A stretch of 64,000 nt of DNA from Candidatus Doriopsillibacter californiensis. Its GTDB lineage: Bacteria > Pseudomonadota > Gammaproteobacteria > Tethybacterales > Persebacteraceae. Where the stretch lies: assembly GCA_030386295.1 (NCBI GenBank), contig JANQAO010000003.1:48114-112113 (forward strand), written 5' to 3'. Shown here piece after piece: positions 10,233 to 20,434 of this stretch. A model generated the notes under the pieces. That model was not told the origin of the DNA. It searched no databases and saw only the letters and a list, made by a program, of their open reading frames with translations. Position numbers and translations under genes: made by a program. How positions within the stretch are numbered: the stretch's first letter is position 1; each line of letters opens with the position of its first letter.

Positions 10233-13100
10233 ATGAACAATCTCCCCGCTTTTGAAAAACACGCCAAACAAGAACACAAATATACTACCTGCTACATGTG
10301 TGCCTGCCGTTGTGGGGTGCGAGTAACGCTTGAAGATGGCAAAATTCGTTTTGTCCAAGGCAATCCCAATCATCCTGTCAATCGCGGGGTGCTATGCGGC
10401 AAAGGCAATGCCGCCATAATGAAGCAATATTCACCTGCTAAATTGCGAGCTCCTCTCATGCGCAAGCCGGGCAGTGAGCGTGGTAGCGGTGAATTTGTGG
10501 AAGTGTCGTGGGAACAAGCGATGGATACACTGACTCAGCGATTAGCTACCATTCGTGCTGACGATCCTAACAAACTGGCATTTTTTACAGGGCGTGACCA
10601 AATGCAAGCGCTCACTGGGTTATGGGCGACGCAGTTTGGTACACTCAATTGGGCAGCGCATGGTGGGTTTTGTTCGGTTAACATGGCAGCTGCTGGGTTG
10701 CTCACTCACGGTTATTCGTTTTGGGAATTTGGCGAACCTGATTGGGAGCAAACCAAATATTTTATGCTTTGGGGAGTGGCCGAAGATCACGCTTCCAACC
10801 CCATCAAAATTGGATTGAAAAAACTTAAAGAGCGCGGTGTCAAAATCGTTGCGATTAATCCAGTGCGCACAGGGTACCAGGCAATTGCCGATGAATGGGT
10901 GCCAATTACTCCCGGCGGTGACGGTGCTTTGGCACTGGCATTTATCCACGTATTACTGAGCGAACGGCGTATTGATGAGGAATTTTTAATTAGATACACC
11001 AATCTATCATGGTTGGTAGATGACGAAGGTCTTTTTGTACGCGACAGCGATGGTCGCCCATTGGCGTGGTGTTTAGAAAATAATGTGGTGATGGATGCGC
11101 AAAAATGTGACATTTGTCCGGCATTAGTTGGAGAATACACTCTTGCTGACGGCAGGTCTGTGCGTACTGCCATGACTTTGGCAATGACACAATATTTAGA
11201 TGAATCGAACTCGCCGGAAGCTATGACGGCGCACTGTGGTGTGCCGGCGGCAACTATTCGCCGCCTCGCGCGCGAGCTTGCCAATGTGGCTTTTTCACAG
11301 CCGGTGGTAGTGAATACGCCGTGGATAGATAGTGCCGGAAGGCAACACGAATCGTTTGTTGGGAGGCCAGTCTCTATGCACGCGATGCGTGGCGTGTCAG
11401 CGCATAGCAACGGCTTTCAAAGTTGTCGCGCTATTCACTTTTTGCAAGCGCTTTTGGGAAGTATGGATTGTCCGGGTGGGCACTTGGCTAAACCTCCGTA
11501 TCCGAAGCATCCACCAGCGGTACCCAAACCAGCTAACCGCAGTGCGTCTGGACAACCACTGTCGGCACCACCGCTTGGTATTCCGCGTGGACCGGAAGAT
11601 TTGGCGGTGGACGCCGCCGGTAAACCATTGCGGATTGATCACGCTTTTTCATGGGACGCGCCACTATCGGCACACGGTGCCATGCATATGGTTATTGCCA
11701 ACGCGGCTCGTAAAAATCCGTACGCCATTGATACTTTAATGATTTTTATGGCGAATCTGGCGTGGAATTCTTCCATGAATACGGACGGTACTGTCGCCAT
11801 GCTCACCGCCAAAGAAGACAACGGCGATTACACCATTCCATTTATTGTGGTGAGTGACGCTTTTCATTCCGAAATGGTGAATTATGCCGATTTGGTAATT
11901 CCTGACACTACTTATTTAGAGCGTCATGACACCATCTCTATGTTAGATCGTCCTATTTCCGAACCGCACGCTGCTTGTGACGCGATTCGCGCACCGGTGG
12001 TGGAGCCGCAATATAATACTCGTCCGTGGCAGGAGGTGTTGGTAGAGTTGGCAGGGCGATTGCAATTTCCAGTTTTTACCGGTGAAAATGGCGCGCCACG
12101 CTACGCTGATTACAAGGATTTTATTACTCGCTGGGAAAAAGCTCCTGGCATTGGTTTTTTGGCTGGTTGGCGGGGAGAAAACGGTGACGAACCTCTGCGG
12201 GGAGCGCCTAATCCTGACCAATGGCAGCGATATATTGATAATGAATGCTTTTTTCGGGAAGAGTTGCCACCATCAACGCGTTATTTTCGCTTTGCCAATC
12301 GTGATTATTTGCAATATGCCAAACGTGCCGGATGGACAGAAAGCGATGCTCCGATAGTGATTGAGCTATACAGCGAAACCCTGCGAAAATTTCAGCGCGC
12401 CGGAGAGGGAATGGGTGAACACGTTCCACCTGAAGAATACCAACGTCGCCGCTTGCGCGAGTATTGCCGACCGTTACCATTTTACTATCGTCCGTTAGAG
12501 CAAGCACGGCAGGATGGCGATAGTTATCCATTTTATGCCGTTACTCAACGACCTATGTTTATGTATCATTCGTGGGATTCTCAAAATGCGTGGTTGCGCC
12601 AAATTGCTGCTGACAACCATATTCACATTAATCGCACTCGTGCTGCTGAAATGGGTATTGCTGACGATGATTGGGTCTGGCTGTCGTCGCGCATTGGTAA
12701 AGTGGCGGCGCGCGCACGTTGTATGGACGGCGTAGCTGCTGATACGGTATGGACGTGGAATGCCATTGGTAAAGGTGCGGGTGCTTGGGGGCTGGCAGCA
12801 AACGCCAATGAGAGCGTGGAAGGATTTTTATTAAACAGCCTTATTGGTGAGTGGTTGCCGCCGGTAAACGATGAGTCACCGCTTAGTAACAGTGATCCAA
12901 TTACCGGTCAAGCGGCGTGGTATGACTTGCGAATCAATATTACTAAAATGCGCGCCGAGGAAATTACCGCTTTATCGCACTCGTCGGCATTTGCTACACT
13001 ACCCAATATGGCGCAAGAAAATGAGAAACCGTTGCGCTACATTGCGGGTTCTGCCGTTAATTTGCATCGCACATTTCTTGATACATTATTCCGTAAATAA
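10233..13100 (+). CDS. molybdopterin (Mo-bisPGD) oxidoreductase catalytic subunit, Psr/Phs/SoeA-like, no Tat signal
   Basis: 955 aa. The N-terminus carries a CYMCACRCG...C [4Fe-4S] motif (C-x2-C-x3-C-x27-C) and FVQGNPNHPVNRGVLCGKG. There is no twin-arginine leader. No FeS or NrfD-like partner genes lie downstream. Confidence 0.7.
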   Translation: MNNLPAFEKHAKQEHKYTTCYMCACRCGVRVTLEDGKIRFVQGNPNHPVNRGVLCGKGNAAIMKQYSPAKLRAPLMRKPGSERGSGEFVEVSWEQAMDTLTQRLATIRADDPNKLAFFTGRDQMQALTGLWATQFGTLNWAAHGGFCSVNMAAAGLLTHGYSFWEFGEPDWEQTKYFMLWGVAEDHASNPIKIGLKKLKERGVKIVAINPVRTGYQAIADEWVPITPGGDGALALAFIHVLLSERRIDEEFLIRYTNLSWLVDDEGLFVRDSDGRPLAWCLENNVVMDAQKCDICPALVGEYTLADGRSVRTAMTLAMTQYLDESNSPEAMTAHCGVPAATIRRLARELANVAFSQPVVVNTPWIDSAGRQHESFVGRPVSMHAMRGVSAHSNGFQSCRAIHFLQALLGSMDCPGGHLAKPPYPKHPPAVPKPANRSASGQPLSAPPLGIPRGPEDLAVDAAGKPLRIDHAFSWDAPLSAHGAMHMVIANAARKNPYAIDTLMIFMANLAWNSSMNTDGTVAMLTAKEDNGDYTIPFIVVSDAFHSEMVNYADLVIPDTTYLERHDTISMLDRPISEPHAACDAIRAPVVEPQYNTRPWQEVLVELAGRLQFPVFTGENGAPRYADYKDFITRWEKAPGIGFLAGWRGENGDEPLRGAPNPDQWQRYIDNECFFREELPPSTRYFRFANRDYLQYAKRAGWTESDAPIVIELYSETLRKFQRAGEGMGEHVPPEEYQRRRLREYCRPLPFYYRPLEQARQDGDSYPFYAVTQRPMFMYHSWDSQNAWLRQIAADNHIHINRTRAAEMGIADDDWVWLSSRIGKVAARARCMDGVAADTVWTWNAIGKGAGAWGLAANANESVEGFLLNSLIGEWLPPVNDESPLSNSDPITGQAAWYDLRINITKMRAEEITALSHSSAFATLPNMAQENEKPLRYIAGSAVNLHRTFLDTLFRK

Positions 13101-13121
13101 TCTACGATAAAAAATATTGAT

Positions 13122-13456
13122 TTGCCAACAAAAGGAGAAAATAATATGGCTTATGTTGACGGGTACATTGCTGCCGTGCCTACAGCAAACAAAGATAGTT
13201 ACAAAGAACACGCGGTTAAGGTAGCGGCAGTTTTTAAGGAGAACGGCGCGCTGAAAACTGTTCAGTGTTGGGGTGATGAAGTGCCAGAAGGAAAAAATAC
13301 ATCATTTCCAATGGCGGTTAAATGCAAAGAAGATGAGGCGGTTGTATTTGTATGAAAAAATCGATGGCCGATCCGCGTATGCATCCTCCCGGTAATCAGA
13401 TGCTCTTTGATGGTAAGAGAATTATATTTGGCGGTTTTGAGGTAATTGCTGAGTAA
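13122..13456 (+). pseudogene. DUF1428 (YbaA-like) protein with an internal deletion and frameshift
   Basis: The N-terminal 77 aa (MAYVDGYIAAVP...EAVVFV*) match DUF1428. The C-terminal part (MADPRMHPPGNQMLFDGKRIIFGGFEVIAE) continues in another frame from 13352. About 18 aa of the family consensus are missing in between. Confidence 0.55.
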
Positions 13457-13525
13457 TAATAATTTGGTTTTATTTACGTTTGCGTGCTGAGAAAGTATCT
13501 AAGCACATACCGATTGAGCTCAATG

Positions 13526-15445
13526 CTAAGCAGCTTTTACTTCCTCATCACCGATATTCGAATTTTTCTTTTCGTCTGATTTTTCGTCTTCATCATCTTC
13601 TTCATCGTTATCTAGATCCGCCGGTGGCGTAGGAGGAGACTCCTGTGGCGGTTCTGGCGGGCGTCCTTCCATAATGGCGTTAATTTGCTTCTCATCTATG
13701 CTCTCCCAGTCCAATAATGCTTTTGTCATAACTTCTACTTTGTCACGATTATCTTCTAGCAGCTTTCGTGCGCGAGTATATTGATCGTCAATAATACGGC
13801 GAATCTCGGCGTCCACCTCGCGCATGGTAGTTTCAGATACTTGTCGCTGAGAAGAAATGGAACGTCCCAAAAATACTTCGCCTTCATCTTCACTGTACAC
13901 CATAGTGCCCATATTTTTGCTCATGCCCCACTGTGTCACCATTCGTCTCGCCATTGTCGTGGCGCGTTCAAAGTCGTTAGAGGCGCCGGTAGTCATTTGA
14001 CTCATAAACAGCTCTTCAGCTATACGTCCAGCCAGTAAAACACAAATATTGCCCAAGATTTGGGATTCAGTCATGTTGTAGCGATCTTCGGCTGGCAATT
14101 GCATAGTTACACCTAATGCTCGCCCTCGTGGAACGATAGTAACTTTGTGTACTGGATCGGTTTCAGGTAATAGTCGCGCGACAACGGCATGTCCTGACTC
14201 GTGATAGGCGGTGTTTTTTCGTTCTTTTTCTGGCATAACAATGGAACGACGTTCGGCACCCATGATAATTTTTTCTTTGGCGAACTCAAAATCAGTCATG
14301 CGTACGATTTTGCGTTTGCAGCGCCCAGCATACAGCGCTGCTTCGTTTACTAGATTGGCCAAGTCGGCGCCAGCAAAGCCCGGCGTACCACGAGCTACCA
14401 CTTTGGCATCTACATCACGACCAATAGATACCTTGCGCATGTGCACGAGCAAGATTTCTTCACGCCCACGAATATCTGGCAGTGGCACTACCACTTGCCG
14501 GTCAAAGCGTCCGGGGCGCAATAATGCTGGATCCAATACATCAGGTCGGTTGGTGGCAGCAATAATGATGACGCCAGTGTTTTCTTCAAATCCATCCATC
14601 TCAACTAATAGCTGATTGAGTGTTTGCTCACGCTCATCATTACCACCACCAAGTCCGGTACCACGCTGGCGACCAACGGCGTCAAGTTCGTCTATAAAAA
14701 CGATGCACGGCGCACTTTTTTTGGATTGTTCAAACATGTCGCGCACACGAGAAGCGCCGACCCCTACGAACATTTCCACAAAATCAGAACCGGAAATAGA
14801 AAAGAAAGGCACTTTTGCCTCGCCGGCAATCGCGCGTGCTAGCAACGTTTTTCCAGTTCCCGGGCTACCTACCATCAGCACGCCGCGCGGGATTTTGGCG
14901 CCCAGTTTGCGAAAACGTCCGGGCTTGCGCAAAAATTGAACTAATTCACTGACTTCGTTTTTTGCTTCTTCACAGCCGGCTACGTTTTCAAATGTCACAC
15001 GATTTTCATTTTCGTCCATGACTCGAGCGCGACTTTTGCCAAATGAAAAAGCACCGCCACGTCCGCCACCTTGCATACGCTGCATAAAAAATATCCACAC
15101 GCCGATAAGCAATAGCATGGGAAACCAAGAAACGAAAATAGTGAAAAGAAAAGATCTTTCTTCTTCTGGAGTGGCTTCCACTTCCACGCCTGCTTTGCGC
15201 AAGTCAGACGCCATAAACACATCGCTGGGCGCGTGGGCAGTGACAATTTCGTTGGTTTCTGTGCGCCCCTTTAATTCAGAGCCATCAATTTTGACGCGTA
15301 CAAACAGCCCCTCTTCGGCGCGACGCATAAACTCAGAGTAGGGGATGCTGTCATCGCCAATATTGCCACGTAATTGGCCAAACAAAAAAACGACGCCCAT
15401 GAAAAGCATCGTCCATATAATAAAGGTCCTGATTGCCGGATGCAT
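13526..15445 (-). CDS. ftsH: ATP-dependent zinc metalloprotease FtsH
   Basis: 639 aa with N-terminal TM helices, an AAA Walker A motif GSPGTGKT, a HEXXH protease motif (HESGHAVV) and an acidic C-terminal tail. Confidence 0.95.
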   Translation of the reverse strand: MHPAIRTFIIWTMLFMGVVFLFGQLRGNIGDDSIPYSEFMRRAEEGLFVRVKIDGSELKGRTETNEIVTAHAPSDVFMASDLRKAGVEVEATPEEERSFLFTIFVSWFPMLLLIGVWIFFMQRMQGGGRGGAFSFGKSRARVMDENENRVTFENVAGCEEAKNEVSELVQFLRKPGRFRKLGAKIPRGVLMVGSPGTGKTLLARAIAGEAKVPFFSISGSDFVEMFVGVGASRVRDMFEQSKKSAPCIVFIDELDAVGRQRGTGLGGGNDEREQTLNQLLVEMDGFEENTGVIIIAATNRPDVLDPALLRPGRFDRQVVVPLPDIRGREEILLVHMRKVSIGRDVDAKVVARGTPGFAGADLANLVNEAALYAGRCKRKIVRMTDFEFAKEKIIMGAERRSIVMPEKERKNTAYHESGHAVVARLLPETDPVHKVTIVPRGRALGVTMQLPAEDRYNMTESQILGNICVLLAGRIAEELFMSQMTTGASNDFERATTMARRMVTQWGMSKNMGTMVYSEDEGEVFLGRSISSQRQVSETTMREVDAEIRRIIDDQYTRARKLLEDNRDKVEVMTKALLDWESIDEKQINAIMEGRPPEPPQESPPTPPADLDNDEEDDEDEKSDEKKNSNIGDEEVKAA

Positions 15446-15457
15446 GATTTTCTGATT

Positions 15458-16078
15458 CTACGCTTTTCGCACACCTCTGGCAAGAAAATACGCTTCTTTG
15501 CTGGCGGCACGGCTTGCTTGTAGATGCAATATTTTAACTGTCATAAATTGTTTTTTCATTTCTTCTAACAATAAGGGAAAATCATCTCCTTGAAATCCTT
15601 TGGACAAAAAGCGTCCCGTTGGCGGCAATACACGTAAGGCAAAATTCATCGCTGCTCGTACCAACTCTGCGGCTCGTGCTTGGTCAGCCGCGGCAATTCC
15701 GGATAAATTTGGCGCCATATCTGACAGCACCACATCGGCACGTCCGTCAAATAACTCTAATATTGTTGCGATGGTTTTTTCTTGTGTGAAGTCCGCTTGC
15801 AAAATATGTGCTCCTACTACTGGTTTTGTGGGAAGCAAATCTACGCCTACTACCTTCCCGTCGGTTTTTTGTGTGGCCACTTGCAGCCAGCCACCAGGGG
15901 AGCACCCCAAGTCGGCAATTTGGACATCTGAATGCAATAGTCGTTCGCGAGCATCAATTTCCAATAATTTAAATGCTGACCGTGAGCGGTACCCTTGTGC
16001 ACGGGCAGCACGTACTTGCGTATCTTGTTCCTGCACGCGATGCCATTGCGCGGATTTGGATTGCCGTTTTTGGGACAC
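15458..16078 (-). CDS. rlmE: 23S rRNA (uridine2552-2'-O)-methyltransferase RlmE/FtsJ
   Basis: The SAM-binding DLGCSPGGW motif and the conserved ftsH-adjacent position. I moved the start to a GTG giving (M)SQKRQSKSAQW, which matches the RlmE N-terminus. The longer ORF extension looks spurious. Confidence 0.85.
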   Translation of the reverse strand: MSQKRQSKSAQWHRVQEQDTQVRAARAQGYRSRSAFKLLEIDARERLLHSDVQIADLGCSPGGWLQVATQKTDGKVVGVDLLPTKPVVGAHILQADFTQEKTIATILELFDGRADVVLSDMAPNLSGIAAADQARAAELVRAAMNFALRVLPPTGRFLSKGFQGDDFPLLLEEMKKQFMTVKILHLQASRAASKEAYFLARGVRKA

Positions 16079-16148
16079 AAGTGTATTGTATCTCGGCACA
16101 AAGATGACAATGCTAAAAAAACAATAGTAACGGATTAAAATCGGGCTT

Positions 16149-16595
16149 ATGTCTCCTGTTGTCATTGTTAATAATGCGCCCATTGATGCGGGCGCTGAAA
16201 GCGGTCATATTCACGCTGCTACTGCTGGTGACGCCGGTGCGGTGCTGTGTTTTAGCGGAGCAGTTCGTGGTGGTGATGTGCTGGCGATGACGTTGGAACA
16301 CTATCCAGACATGACGGAACTCGCTTTGCGAGATATTGCGGTGGCAGCAGAAAAACGTTGGGCACTGTTGGCGGTGCGGGTACGTCATCGTGTCGGGCGC
16401 ATGATGCCGGGAGAAATTATTGTTTTTGTTGGTGTGGCTACTACGCATCGTGCTGATGCTTTTGCCGCTGGTTCCTACATCATGGACTATCTTAAAACAC
16501 AGGCGCCATTTTGGAAAAAAGAAGAAACCACGGCCGGTTGTCGTTGGGTGGATGCTCGCGATACTGATGATGATGCCCGAAATCGTTGGGAATAG
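16149..16595 (+). CDS. moaE: molybdopterin synthase catalytic subunit MoaE
   Basis: 148 aa. FSGAVRG and IMDYLKTQAPFWKKE match MoaE signatures. No moaD lies upstream. Confidence 0.8.
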   Translation: MSPVVIVNNAPIDAGAESGHIHAATAGDAGAVLCFSGAVRGGDVLAMTLEHYPDMTELALRDIAVAAEKRWALLAVRVRHRVGRMMPGEIIVFVGVATTHRADAFAAGSYIMDYLKTQAPFWKKEETTAGCRWVDARDTDDDARNRWE

Positions 16596-17164
16596 TGAGC
16601 CTCATCGCCGTCATTGCCGCCGCCGCATTAGCCGACAATATTATTTTGGCGAAAATGTTAGGTTTGTGTCCGTTCACTGGACTGTCCAAGCGGCTAGATG
16701 TGGCCGTTGGTGTTGGCGTGGCGACGGCTGCAGTACTCACGCTATCCGCTGCTGCTGCGTGGGTTGTCAACGCTACGTTATTGCAAAACATATCGTCATT
16801 ACAGCCACTTATTTTTATCACATTAGCTGCGATAGTAGTGCAGGGAGCAGAATTAGCTATGCGCCTGTGGATGCCGCTCATGCACCGGATGCTGGGGTTA
16901 TATTTGCCGCTTATTGCGACCAATTGTGCGGTGCTGGGGGTAATGTTGCTGGCGGTGCGCAAGTCACCAGATTCTTTTATTGAAGCGGTAGCGCGTGGTT
17001 TTGGCGGTGGGGTAGGCTTTTTGCTGGCAATGGTGTGCTTAGCCTTAGTGCGCGAGCGCATAACTGATTCGCAAGTGCCGGTAGCCATGCGCGGGGCACC
17101 GCTTACTATGATCACAATAGGCTGGATGGCGCTGGCGTTTTCAGGGTTGCACGGAATTTTTTAA
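16586..17164 (+). CDS. rnfA: Rnf/Rsx electron transport complex subunit A
   Basis: 192 aa with six TM helices. KMLGLCPFTGLSKRLDVAVGVG and LPLIATNCAVLGV match RnfA/RsxA. It overlaps the moaE stop by 10 bp. Confidence 0.85.
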   Translation: MGIVSLIAVIAAAALADNIILAKMLGLCPFTGLSKRLDVAVGVGVATAAVLTLSAAAAWVVNATLLQNISSLQPLIFITLAAIVVQGAELAMRLWMPLMHRMLGLYLPLIATNCAVLGVMLLAVRKSPDSFIEAVARGFGGGVGFLLAMVCLALVRERITDSQVPVAMRGAPLTMITIGWMALAFSGLHGIF

Positions 17165-17172
17165 CAAATGCA

Positions 17173-17652
17173 ATGACAACAGTGGCGTTAATCCTGCTGA
17201 TGGCCGTAGCAGGCGGTTTATTGGGCTTTTTGTATCAACGTACGACTCTGCAAGATAGCACAGCACCTCTCACTGCTGCACTTAACGAGGCGCTGCCGCA
17301 ATTGCAATGTGGTGACTGCGGTTACCCAGGTTGCCGACCTTACGCTGCCGCAATTGCTTGTGGCGAAGCGGAAATTAATCTATGCCCGCCCGGTGGCTCG
17401 GAAACCGTGCAGCAGTTAGCGCAATTGCTCAATGTTGAGCCGCCACTCATACCGCAGCAGCCGCAGCGGCTGGTAGCAGTTATTCGTGCAGAAGATTGTG
17501 TAGGCTGTGCGTTGTGCTTACCGGTATGCCCGACAGATGCAATTGTTGGTGCCACACGTCATCGCCACACTGTTATCACCGAACACTGCGTGGGCTGTCG
17601 TTTATGTTTGCCTCCTTGCCCAACAAATTGTATTGAAATGCATCCTGAATAA
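17173..17652 (+). CDS. rnfB: Rnf/Rsx electron transport complex subunit B (ferredoxin)
   Basis: 159 aa. It has the QCGDCGYPGCRPYAAAI motif and two CxxCxxCxxxCP ferredoxin motifs, like RsxB. Confidence 0.85.
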   Translation: MTTVALILLMAVAGGLLGFLYQRTTLQDSTAPLTAALNEALPQLQCGDCGYPGCRPYAAAIACGEAEINLCPPGGSETVQQLAQLLNVEPPLIPQQPQRLVAVIRAEDCVGCALCLPVCPTDAIVGATRHRHTVITEHCVGCRLCLPPCPTNCIEMHPE

Positions 17653-17819
17653 AGCGAGTTTATTTCTTCAAATTATTATTTTACGTCCGCATAAATGGAA
17701 ATTAATTCAAAATTCGTTTTAGTAGGATAAAAGCTAAAACTTGGTACGCTCACTTTGCAGAATGTTCTTTTTTGGTTAAAATTTTTGGACAAAGTTTGCA
17801 GTCAAATTTCTTATTTTAA

Positions 17820-19259
17820 TTATTGCGGTAATCGTGAATTTCCCATTAAAAAAGCGTCAACGGCATGGGCACACTGGCGTCCTTCTCTAATCGCCCAAAC
17901 TACTAAAGACTGACCACGCCGCGTATCACCGGCAGCAAATATCTTAGGTAGTGAAGTTTGGTAGTCTCGTTCATTTGCCAGTACATTGCCTCGGTTATCT
18001 AGTTTTACTGCTAATTTATCCAGCAATCCGGTATGTACTGGGTGAATGTATCCCATAGCCAGTAAGGCTAATTGTGCAGGTAGCTCAAACTCAGAACCCG
18101 GTATTTCTTCCATTACAAACTTGCCATTGTCATCGTGCCAGCGTACTTGTGCGGCGCGTATTTGCTGCAACTGACCCTCGGAGTCGCCGATAAAGGCTTT
18201 GGTAATCACGCTCCACTCCCGTTTGCAACCTTCATCGTGTGATGAGGACGTGCGTAGTTTCATGGGCCAGTTGGGCCAAACAAGTTGTTTGTTTTCTTCT
18301 TCTGGTGGGCACGCCAATAATTCAAATTGCGTTACGCTTGCTGCAGTCTGTCGGTTGGAAGTACCGATGCAGTCAGATCCCGTATCGCCGCCGCCGATAA
18401 CTACAACATCTTTTCCGGTAGCTAAAATATCCGCCGTATTAACTGGTAGTCCGGCAACGCGCCGGTTTTGTTGGGGGAGAAAGTCCATGGCGAAATGTAC
18501 CCCTTTGAGTTTGTGTCCCGGTATGGGTAAATCACGCGGTTGTTCGCTGCCTGCCGCTAGCACCAGAGCGTGAAATTCCGCTAATAATTTATTTGCTGAC
18601 GCGCCGTCGTCAATATGGGTATTGGTATGAAAAACAACTCCTTCTGCCTCCATTTGCGCAATGCGGCGGTCAATGAGATGTTTTTCCATCTTGAAGTCAG
18701 GAATGCCAAAGCGTAATAACCCTCCGACTTTTTCATTTTTTTCAAATATATGCGGTTCATGTCCGGCACGAGCTAACTGTTGAGCACAGGCTAGCCCCGC
18801 TGGTCCGGAACCCACGATAGCCACTCGTTTGCCGCTTTTATTGGCGGGTGGACAAGGAGATATCCACCCTTCTTCCCAGCCACAATCAACAATAGCGCGT
18901 TCTACGGATTTGATAGCAACTGCATCATCGTTAATGTTTAACGTGCAGGCAGCCTCACATGGTGCAGGACAGACGCGACCAGTAAACTCGGGGAAATTGT
19001 TGGTGGAATGTAATTTATTTAGAGCTTGTCGCCATTGTTTGCGATAAATGAGATCGTTCCAATCGGGGATGATGTTATGCACTGGGCAACCAGTCTGGCA
19101 AAATGGAATGCCACAATCCATGCACCGAGCTGCCTGCTGGCTGACGTCAGTTGCATCTGGATGAATGGTAAATTCTCGATAATGTTGTAGGCGTTCGGAA
19201 ACCGGTGCATAGGCACCCGTTTCACGTTCTATTTCCAAAAAACCGGTAGTTTTTCCCAT
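17820..19259 (-). CDS. glutamate synthase small-subunit-like NADPH-dependent FAD/FeS oxidoreductase (GltD family)
   Basis: About 480 aa with N-terminal Cys clusters ([26 protein letters not shown]) and a Rossmann motif ([11 protein letters not shown]). No gltB large-subunit gene is adjacent. Confidence 0.8.
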   Translation of the reverse strand: MGKTTGFLEIERETGAYAPVSERLQHYREFTIHPDATDVSQQAARCMDCGIPFCQTGCPVHNIIPDWNDLIYRKQWRQALNKLHSTNNFPEFTGRVCPAPCEAACTLNINDDAVAIKSVERAIVDCGWEEGWISPCPPANKSGKRVAIVGSGPAGLACAQQLARAGHEPHIFEKNEKVGGLLRFGIPDFKMEKHLIDRRIAQMEAEGVVFHTNTHIDDGASANKLLAEFHALVLAAGSEQPRDLPIPGHKLKGVHFAMDFLPQQNRRVAGLPVNTADILATGKDVVVIGGGDTGSDCIGTSNRQTAASVTQFELLACPPEEENKQLVWPNWPMKLRTSSSHDEGCKREWSVITKAFIGDSEGQLQQIRAAQVRWHDDNGKFVMEEIPGSEFELPAQLALLAMGYIHPVHTGLLDKLAVKLDNRGNVLANERDYQTSLPKIFAAGDTRRGQSLVVWAIREGRQCAHAVDAFLMGNSRLPQ

Positions 19260-19336
19260 AACCGCTATTCTCCCGATTGTGATTTTTAGCAAAGCTCAAA
19301 ATTATACTTGATGGGCGAGGCAGTGGTAGAAAACGC

Positions 19337-20206
19337 TTATTTTGTTGGCTGCCAGTATGTTTTGAGTGGGCTATTGTCGTTCACGGCAGAAAACAACCCC
19401 GGCAGGGGGTGGCGACTGTTATTATCAGTATTAGGTGAGCCACGATTTTGTTGCAAATCGTCCAAACACAGAGTACGAATTTCAATATTAAATCGCGTTA
19501 AGGAAGAGGTGTTGGGAATGGTGGCATGCAAGTGTGCTGCCGAAAAGCAAAATAACTGCCCCGGGCGCATAATCAGAGGAATGATTTTGTCATCCGGCAC
19601 GACTAGGGCTTGTGGTGCTGACGGATATGCCGCTTTTCTGCCGTTTTTGGCTTGTTGGCGCGCTTTCAGATAATCTTTAAATGACCATTCAGCTGTGGTA
19701 TTGGTCAGAGGTTGTCGCCAGTATCTGGGATAAAAGCCCATGGTGCGATTTTGCGCTAGCGGCCACAGCGGTGCCCACCAGTTAATTTGCGCTTGAAATC
19801 CTGCCCCCCACGTGTCGCGATGCACACCGACCGCTGAACGAAAGCCGCCGTGGTGAAAGTTGACCGGTGGTGCCACGCGCAGACCAAGTGTGTCCCAAAA
19901 TAAGCCTTCTGTTGACAGACCAACATTGCGTAGCACGTCGGCAAACAGCTGTTTGCAATCGCTTGTGTTAACCTGCTGTTGTGCTGATTCGGCACAGCAC
20001 AAAAAATTGTCTCGTTGATGTTGTTGGTGTGCTTGTGGCGGATAATTGGTAGCAAAGGCGTCGCGCACAATGTTGCGCACGGTGGTATTGAAACGGCGTA
20101 TAGCAGGTAAATGCGAAAACAAGAGGTAATCGCCGTTAAAAATGCGTGGATTAAGTTTACGTGCAGGCAGTGGTGGAGAGGCGACGGTAACGGGAAGTGT
20201 GAGCAT
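19337..20206 (-). CDS. PhyH-like Fe(II)/2-oxoglutarate dioxygenase superfamily protein (function unknown)
   Basis: 289 aa. It has an HxD motif (VGVHRDTWGAG) and a distal H...N.S...R motif (AAHLHATIPNTSSLTRFNIEIR), consistent with the PhyH facial triad. It lies directly upstream of, and is co-oriented with, the gltD-like gene. Confidence 0.4.
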   Translation of the reverse strand: MLTLPVTVASPPLPARKLNPRIFNGDYLLFSHLPAIRRFNTTVRNIVRDAFATNYPPQAHQQHQRDNFLCCAESAQQQVNTSDCKQLFADVLRNVGLSTEGLFWDTLGLRVAPPVNFHHGGFRSAVGVHRDTWGAGFQAQINWWAPLWPLAQNRTMGFYPRYWRQPLTNTTAEWSFKDYLKARQQAKNGRKAAYPSAPQALVVPDDKIIPLIMRPGQLFCFSAAHLHATIPNTSSLTRFNIEIRTLCLDDLQQNRGSPNTDNNSRHPLPGLFSAVNDNSPLKTYWQPTK

Positions 20207-20434
20207 AAAACGATAAGGATTTTATACGTTTAACTGGTCAAAATTGAAAAATTATTAGTTGTTATCCGGCAACAAAAATTGCATATTCAGGGTGTGCCAT
20301 CCATATTTTTCGGATGTTTGATATTCTGATTGATAGTGACATTTTATTGGTTTATTTTCGCATAAAAATTTAATCTGCGCGTCTATTATTTAATTTATAT
20401 CACCACTCGTTTGGGCAATGATAGAATCTGTCCA

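Noticed and set aside
10787-11410. 207 aa minus-strand ORF inside the molybdoenzyme gene
   Set aside because: It is antisense to a well-supported 955 aa gene, has low-complexity composition and resembles no known family. It is a shadow ORF.
13100-13525. Looked for soeB/soeC-like (FeS and NrfD) partner genes downstream of the molybdoenzyme
   Set aside because: Only the decayed DUF1428 frames and the convergent ftsH 3' end are present. No Cys-rich ferredoxin ORF or polytopic membrane ORF exists in any frame.
15600-16127. 175 aa plus-strand ORF
   Set aside because: It is antisense to rlmE, whose protein is clearly recognisable. It is a shadow ORF.
16492-17115. 207 aa minus-strand ORF
   Set aside because: It is antisense to rnfA and moaE. 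It is a shadow ORF.
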